In this document: positions 8,079 through 12,976 of the stretch, in pieces
Numbering within the stretch: the stretch's first letter is position 1
Layout of the letters: the number at the start of each line of letters is the position of its first letter
NCBI GenBank assembly: GCA_000004985.1
Contig: GG738998.1
Reading direction: 5' to 3' (one strand)
Length of the DNA stretch: 12,976 nt
Origin: Naegleria gruberi
Lineage: Eukaryota
Notes under the pieces: generated by a model
What the model was told of the DNA's origin: nothing
Seen by the model: only the letters and a program-made list of their open reading frames with translations
Databases searched by the model: none
Program-made: the position numbers and the translations under genes

Positions 8079-8501
8079 CCCGCTCATTTTTGTTGACGCA
8101 TGTTTTGACGATTTTATAGTCATGAATGACGCCTTTGTTTATGCTTGTTAAGGTGTCATTGGGACGGTGTTGTGGACGTCAAAATGACGTTTTTTTTCGT
8201 CATTTTGACGGTGTCAATTTGAGAGTCATTAAGACGTCAAAAAAAGCGTCCTCAATGACGTCTCAAAAAGTGTCTCCAATGACGTTGCAGAATGATTATT
8301 AATTTTTGATAAATTGAAATTTTATTGAACTATTCATAATTCTTACAAGTTGGAAATCTTTCATCTTGAACCATTTCACACTGAGTGAAACTCAATGCTG
8401 TGAAAGATTCACACCGTGTGAATTAATATTGTAAAAGATTTCACACCATCAAAGATGACAAGGAAATTGACAAGAGTTTCTTATAAAAACGTGAAATAAA
8501 A
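8079..8501 (+). repeat. Copy B of transposon left arm (terminus plus TGACG subterminal array plus TTTCACAC motif cluster)
   Basis: Identical to 7118-7499. Contains the palindromic core AAAATGACG-T8-CGTCATTTT (8185-8210) and six GTGAAA/TTTCAC(AC) motifs in both orientations at 8375-8450. Confidence 0.85.
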
Positions 8502-8665
8502 ATTTGAATTGATATGTCTTGTAAATGAATTGAAATGATGTAATATAATTGATAACTGATACGACTTACTAGTATGTTGAGGTATTTTTTTTGAAAAATA
8601 TTTTAAACTGGTTGCAAAAATAGAAAGTGTTTATTTTAGAGATGAAGCCAAATATGGAAAGACAT

Positions 8666-10840
8666 TTAATATAATGTAAAGGCCATTTTGTGAATTGGTT
8701 TGAAGTGAAAAGAGCCATTAATTTGCTGGCATATTGCTGGTATGAAATCTTGTTTGATAGTGTCTTGTGAGACGGTGATTGTTGTGCCATTAACAGCATG
8801 TCGAATCTCAATTTGTGAATAATTTGGAGAAAATGAATTGACTTGATAAATTTCTTTAGAGGGAGTGTGTAACAAGTAATCTCTTTTGCTATTGATTATA
8901 TAATTACCACAGACACATTCTAGTTTACGATTGGGAGGTTTCAAGTTCAATAATTGTACCAAATTTACCATATCAAAGAATAGAATTGAATATCTTAAAG
9001 AATTGGCACATTTGAAGGGTTTTGAGAGAATGTTATTCATTGCCTCAAAAATAAATGCGTTATTGCACCACAATGGACCATATAGACGGCAGTTCATTAC
9101 CATTTCAGCTGCTATGTGAAAATTTGGAGAGCAAAAATTAGCATCCTTCTTTTGAAAAAAGTACAGAACTGAGTTTAGCTGTTTCTGCAATAATGGAAGA
9201 TCTTCTAATTGAAATGAGTCCATTAGCTTATCAATAATTCTCACATATTGAATAATGTGTTGAACTATTTCTTGAATTTCACTATAGCTCGGAATTTCCT
9301 CAAATAATTCGAGATAATAATGACACAAAATGTAAACTTCAATGGATTTCAGGTGATTGATATTTTTTGCAATGGATCTTGGGTGCTTGTGAAAAAAGGA
9401 GGGAAACTTCTGTTTTAAATAAATGACATCAAATTCTTTCCAATATCGTTCATCAATTAAATTGAGAAATTTCACCAAAATACCTTCATAATTGTAATGC
9501 ATGTTATCATATGAACAGAGACATGTTGGATTAGGATTGAATGGTTGTAATAGGATTGGAGAAACACTATCCATTCCGGGTGGTAGATTTGAGTTTGGAA
9601 AATTGTTAATGAGAGAAATCTCATTGTGATATTCTCTGTATTTGAATTTTTCAAAAACCTCAATGAGTTCTGATTTTCCATTCAATACTACTAATCTTGT
9701 TCGAAACTCCAATGGATAAACTTTGTGAGAACCAGATGTATCTTCACCCTTAGTGTTACACAAGTGACAAAAATAAAATCCTTGGCGTTTAAAGAATAAA
9801 ATCTCTGATCTTGCAGGAAGGTCAGCAATTACTCGTTCAATTATCATTTCCAAATTAAGGTTTTTTTGATTTGAATTTAGACAATTCAGATCATTCATTA
9901 TTACTTTGAGTCCAATTTCAATATCTATCTTATCAGGTTTCCTTGGTAAAATGGCCCATAGAAAATTATTGGTAGATTTCTTTCGATCAGAAGGACTCAT
10001 TTCATTAAACTGTACAATGAAATTATAGAAATTATTCAAGCTCTTTTTAAATGGTGAAACTCCATCACCATTGAGAGTACCAGTGAGTCTTTTTGTTGAA
10101 ATGGTTTCATCAATCCAAGGTTGGTGAATTTTTCTAAATATTTCACCTCCTTGACGATCAGAAATTGTTGAGCTATCATTATGACCTTGGTAATTGAGTG
10201 TTTCATTAATAAAGTTTGGTTCAAAAGCTATTCTTTCTTGGAAAGCATATTCTAAAGGGCGCCAAAATAAATAATCATCTTTTTGCCAAATCTTTTCACA
10301 AGAACAATGAGTGTGTTGATTATCATGTTGAAAATCTTTACATTCTCTGCAATAGTGTATCTTTTTGGTCTTGCAATTCAAGTTATAATGTCCATAAAAT
10401 CCATTCAATGTTAGCATCTGCGAGAAATCTTCTTGGGGTGCCTCTTTAACCAAATTAGCACATTTTCCAATTAACTGGAGCATACTTTCAAGATTACTTT
10501 CTGATAATTGAGCTGAGGTTGTAAATTTCAAAATCTCGTTCATTATACGCTTTATAGGAAGAGAGAGATTATTCCAATGGTGAAGATTAAAATCAACTTG
10601 AGTAGAAGACCATTCAGATTCGCTTGTTAGTGTGTCTTCTTCTCTAATATCTTGAATTGGATCTATGTCATCTGTTGTATAACTTGACTCATCATCCTCA
10701 TCACTAATTTCTAATCTTTCTTCAATGTCATCACTCATTTTGTCATTACTGTTTGAAAAGTTGGTGGAATCTTGGTTATATCGAATATTGGCTAAGTATA
10801 TTGAGTTCTTGTTGGGCATTTCTTTTTGTTTAAGAAACAT
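8666..10840 (-). CDS. Transposase, Transposase_21 (Tnp2/En-Spm TnpD/KDZ) family, 724 aa
   Basis: GTLNGDGVSPF...FNEMSPSDRKK...FLWAILPRKPDKIDIEIGLKVIMNDLNCL aligns by eye to the Transposase_21 core (lSlStDGfnPF ... YNLPP..R.K...fl..LIPGPk.P.d.IDVYL.PLieEL..LW). The N-terminal Cys/His cluster IHYCRECKDFQHDNQHTHCSCEKIW resembles the transposase-associated zinc domain. The C-terminal LYGPLWCNNAFIFEAMNNIL resembles the GPV..RWMYPFERYM motif (DUF4218) of CACTA transposases. Single uninterrupted ORF. The reverse-complement region around 8629-8634 ('tttatt') supplies an AATAAA near the 3' end. Confidence 0.8.
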   Translation of the reverse strand: MFLKQKEMPNKNSIYLANIRYNQDSTNFSNSNDKMSDDIEERLEISDEDDESSYTTDDIDPIQDIREEDTLTSESEWSSTQVDFNLHHWNNLSLPIKRIMNEILKFTTSAQLSESNLESMLQLIGKCANLVKEAPQEDFSQMLTLNGFYGHYNLNCKTKKIHYCRECKDFQHDNQHTHCSCEKIWQKDDYLFWRPLEYAFQERIAFEPNFINETLNYQGHNDSSTISDRQGGEIFRKIHQPWIDETISTKRLTGTLNGDGVSPFKKSLNNFYNFIVQFNEMSPSDRKKSTNNFLWAILPRKPDKIDIEIGLKVIMNDLNCLNSNQKNLNLEMIIERVIADLPARSEILFFKRQGFYFCHLCNTKGEDTSGSHKVYPLEFRTRLVVLNGKSELIEVFEKFKYREYHNEISLINNFPNSNLPPGMDSVSPILLQPFNPNPTCLCSYDNMHYNYEGILVKFLNLIDERYWKEFDVIYLKQKFPSFFHKHPRSIAKNINHLKSIEVYILCHYYLELFEEIPSYSEIQEIVQHIIQYVRIIDKLMDSFQLEDLPLLQKQLNSVLYFFQKKDANFCSPNFHIAAEMVMNCRLYGPLWCNNAFIFEAMNNILSKPFKCANSLRYSILFFDMVNLVQLLNLKPPNRKLECVCGNYIINSKRDYLLHTPSKEIYQVNSFSPNYSQIEIRHAVNGTTITVSQDTIKQDFIPAICQQINGSFHFKPIHKMAFTLY

Positions 10841-10872
10841 GATGGATCTTGATCAAGGTAAACTTTAAAAAA

Positions 10873-12303
10873 ATGGCTCCAAAGAAAACCAAGAAAGCTA
10901 AAGAGCGAGCTATTTCTATCAAATGGAAAGTTCAAAAAAGTAATACCAAAACTTCTTCTAGTACTGATGAAAATTCATCCATTCTCACAAATTTGAAAGG
11001 AAGTGCCTATAGTGCCTATCAAACCTATTTCGCAAAGGAAGAGGCAGAAAAGTCTTCTCTTGTTAAAGAATTTGTTCAAATAATTAATTATTGGTGTATT
11101 TCAAGAGAGAGAGATAGAAAGTTAGTTAATTTTCAAAGTGAATCCTTAGCTAATTTGGTCCAATTTTTGAAAACTGATACATTTTACCAAGAATTTAAAA
11201 TAGATATCAAAGATTTCACTCTGAATCTGTTGGCAACAAAGGATCTTGCAACAAAGAATCATAGATTAGAAGTTGATTCAGTCCAAGAACCAAAATTAAA
11301 TGATTTCGTAAACATATTAGAAATGGATGATACAGATGTCAATTACTATATCATTCCAGCAATTGGTAAAGTAGTGAACGAAGATCCATTCCAAGTTTCA
11401 ATCGAACACCACAATCACATCCACTATGAGAAAAAGTATTCCAAAAAAACTCCAATCTCAGTATCGAAGGACATGACGAGCGTAATAGAAGCCTATGAGG
11501 AGACAGAGCCAAACTTTTCAACCATGCTACCTAGTAATAGAATTTCTGTTAACATTACCCCATCTAAAAGAAAGTCAAAAGCAAAGAAACCGTCTTGTAA
11601 TGAAATTTCAGATAATAACTCAGAACCAACCAATAAGATGTCAACTAGAAAAAACAAATCTAAAACAGCTGCTCCAAAGAGGAAGAATCAATCTGATGAA
11701 GATGAATCAAGTACTGATACAGATAATGATTCTGAACCAAGCAAGAAAAAACAATTTAAACCATCTTCCAGTAAACAACTAGTGAAGACAGTGAAGAAGA
11801 CCATGTCAGTTCATGATTCAGATAGTGATGAATCCACCACTGAAGATTCAGAAAATGGTACTAGTGACTCCACAGAATCTGTCTATTTTCAAGTTCGTCA
11901 CGTTAATGGAAAACGGGAATATGTGATTGTTCCAGAGCATGTCGATTACATCTTTGATTTGATAGATAAGGACAAAGCTTTTCCAGAGTTCATCAATGCC
12001 ATTATCCAATGTGAAAAGGTATTAACTGACCTCACAAAAAGGTTTGCTCATCTATTTTCAGGGCTTGCATTCAACACTACCGTAAATGGTATAACTTATT
12101 CAATTCCTCCAGACATTATCAAAATGCTTATTGGTAATGTGACTCAAAAACAGTGCTTGGAATTGTTAGCACATCATCACTTCAAGAAACCTATAGGAGA
12201 ACTCACAACTGATCAAAGAACAGTATGTAGAAAGTTCTTTGAAGCAAGGGGATGGGATAAAGAAAGTGTTCGGAAGGCAATCAATAGTTTGATCAAAGAA
12301 TAA
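10873..12303 (+). CDS. Transposon ORF2: 476-aa lysine/serine/acidic-rich protein with a structured C-terminal domain of about 150 aa; function unknown
   Basis: The ORF track starts at a TTG (10849). The first ATG is 10873, in a ctttaaaaaaATG context matching other genes here, and is only 32 bp from the transposase ATG (10840) on the other strand. The basic N-terminus (MAPKKTKKAKER) and poly-acidic/Ser tracts (SDEDESSTDTDNDSE, SVHDSDSDESTTEDSENGTSDSTES) suggest a nuclear, possibly DNA/chromatin-binding protein. No known motif in the C-terminal VYFQVRHVNGKREYVIVPEHVDYIFDLI... region. Confidence 0.6.
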   Translation: MAPKKTKKAKERAISIKWKVQKSNTKTSSSTDENSSILTNLKGSAYSAYQTYFAKEEAEKSSLVKEFVQIINYWCISRERDRKLVNFQSESLANLVQFLKTDTFYQEFKIDIKDFTLNLLATKDLATKNHRLEVDSVQEPKLNDFVNILEMDDTDVNYYIIPAIGKVVNEDPFQVSIEHHNHIHYEKKYSKKTPISVSKDMTSVIEAYEETEPNFSTMLPSNRISVNITPSKRKSKAKKPSCNEISDNNSEPTNKMSTRKNKSKTAAPKRKNQSDEDESSTDTDNDSEPSKKKQFKPSSSKQLVKTVKKTMSVHDSDSDESTTEDSENGTSDSTESVYFQVRHVNGKREYVIVPEHVDYIFDLIDKDKAFPEFINAIIQCEKVLTDLTKRFAHLFSGLAFNTTVNGITYSIPPDIIKMLIGNVTQKQCLELLAHHHFKKPIGELTTDQRTVCRKFFEARGWDKESVRKAINSLIKE

Positions 12304-12520
12304 TTTCTAGACATGATGTTAAGCTTGATGAACAAGTCAAGCTTGTGAAATTTGTATTTTTTTTTTAAAATTTTCAAAAATATTCACAAGTCTGAAATAC
12401 GTCACCTCCTCCTTCACTGATTTTCATCATCAAAACAACACAAAACAAACAACAACAAATAAACAACACATTACAACATCAAGTAGAACACAACAGAATA
12501 TCGATAATTAACTTTGGAGT

Positions 12521-12600
12521 AACTTTATGCAAAATCGTCAGCGATGACGTCAAAAAAAGCGTCAATCCACCATCAGGAATGACGAAATAAAATGAGCGGG
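12521..12600 (-). repeat. Transposon right arm (inverted terminus AAAATGAGCGGG plus TGACG/CGTCA subterminal repeats)
   Basis: Reverse-complement of 12589-12600 is CCCGCTCATTTT. Upstream motifs are aatCGTCAgc, gaTGACGTCaaaaaaaGCGTCaat and gaaTGACGaaat. The subterminal sequence is related to, but diverged from, the left arm, as is typical for CACTA-like elements whose two arms differ. Confidence 0.7.
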
Positions 12601-12693
12601 CTTTAGCGTTTTAAAAAAAAAACCATCACAACCAAACTGCAGCAAAATCTGTTGTACATATTTCGGGTTACCCAAAAGCTGTAATTGATAAAA

Positions 12694-12976
12694 GATGAAT
12701 CCACATCAACAAACACCACAACAAAATACTGAACAAAGTGAATCAGTAAATTACTATTACAATTCGAACAGTGATACAAATACCACAAGTAATTCCATTG
12801 CTAGTAAGACAAATCTCTTTATGTATGGTGGAGGTACATTGCTATTACTCCTTTCATTGGCATTGTTTGGAATTGGTGCACTTCTCTATGGAGTTGTAAA
12901 TTCAATTTCTGTTTCGTATGTCCATCAAGGATGTTGTAATGTTACTGTTTCTAGTGGTGCTCTAGTTATGATGATG
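12694..12976 (+). CDS. 5' part of a gene for a small membrane protein (N-terminal Q/N/T-rich region then a transmembrane helix), running off the right edge
   Basis: ATG at 12694 (aaaagATGaat). The frame is open for 94 codons to the window end: MNPHQQTPQQNTEQSESVNYYYNSNSDTNTTSNSIASKTNLFMYGGGTLLLLSLALFGIGALLYGVV... The hydrophobic stretch GTLLLLSLALFGIGALLYGVV is helix-like. The gene lies 94 bp outside the transposon's right terminus. Confidence 0.4.

Larger units (their letters stand above)
8079..12600. mobile_element. Putative autonomous CACTA/KDZ-superfamily-like DNA transposon (about 4.5 kb): 12-bp terminal inverted repeat, subterminal TGACG repeat arrays, Transposase_21-type transposase and a divergent ORF2
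   Basis: Left end 8079-8090 is CCCGCTCATTTT; right end 12589-12600 is AAAATGAGCGGG, its exact reverse complement. Both arms carry clusters of (A/T)TGACG / CGTCA motifs (about 12 in the left 230 bp, about 5 in the right 70 bp). The shared submotif GACGTCAAAAAAAGCGTC occurs at 8232-8249 and 12547-12564. Two long ORFs fill the interior. No convincing target-site duplication: flanks are ...cacta| and |ctttag. Confidence 0.6.

Noticed and set aside
8569-11782. Short ORFs nested in or antisense to the transposase and ORF2 (8569-8811, 8931-9119, 9472-9681, 10036-10224, 10216-10449, 11495-11782), plus 6720-6914, 7773-7961, 853-1089, 1234-1665 and 12603-12788
   Set aside because: All are 61-143 aa and overlap much longer ORFs with recognisable domains on the other strand or in another frame. 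They have low-complexity composition and no motifs.
1-12976. Prokaryotic-style features (operons, CRISPR arrays, defence islands, RBS, tRNA or rRNA genes)
   Set aside because: Spliceosomal introns with GT-AG boundaries, AATAAA signals, scaffold N-gaps, eukaryotic protein families (ankyrin-kinase, Dpy-30, NHL) and a eukaryote-type CACTA/KDZ transposase show this is nuclear eukaryotic DNA. No CRISPR-like evenly spaced direct repeats, tRNA cloverleaf candidates or rRNA-like segments were seen.

Overview
This window is AT-rich (about two-thirds A+T) nuclear DNA from a compact eukaryotic genome, not a prokaryote. It contains two scaffold N-gaps (4172-4621 and 7541-7590). Short spliceosomal introns of 48-97 nt carry GTAAGT/GTATGT donors and TAAAG/CCAG acceptors. 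Start codons sit in A-runs (AAAAAAAATG). The taxon cannot be named from sequence alone.

Gene content, left to right:
- A partial low-complexity gene on the minus strand (1-241).
- A secreted protein of unknown function (892-1746).
- A two-exon MDR-type oxidoreductase (1984-2930).
- A degenerate fragment of a kinase 3' end (2926-3135).
- An NHL-repeat beta-propeller gene built from near-identical 165-168 bp tandem units (3198-4171, frameshifted, running into a gap).
- A convergent three-exon ankyrin-repeat plus Ser/Thr kinase gene with atypical motifs (4622-6453, minus strand).
- A Dpy-30/RIIa-like small gene (7591-7937, minus strand).
- A large DNA-transposon-like unit (8079-12600).
- A partial membrane-protein gene (12694 to the window end).

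The most interesting part is the transposon-like unit. It encodes a 724-aa Transposase_21-type (CACTA/En-Spm/KDZ superfamily) transposase and a divergent 476-aa K/S/D/E-rich second ORF. Both sit between 12-bp inverted termini (CCCGCTCATTTT / AAAATGAGCGGG) that do not start with CACTA. Dense (A/T)TGACG subterminal repeats and a second TTTCACAC motif cluster lie inside the termini. A 100% identical extra copy of the 423-bp left arm lies 961 bp upstream, abutting a gap. I found no tRNA, rRNA or CRISPR features.
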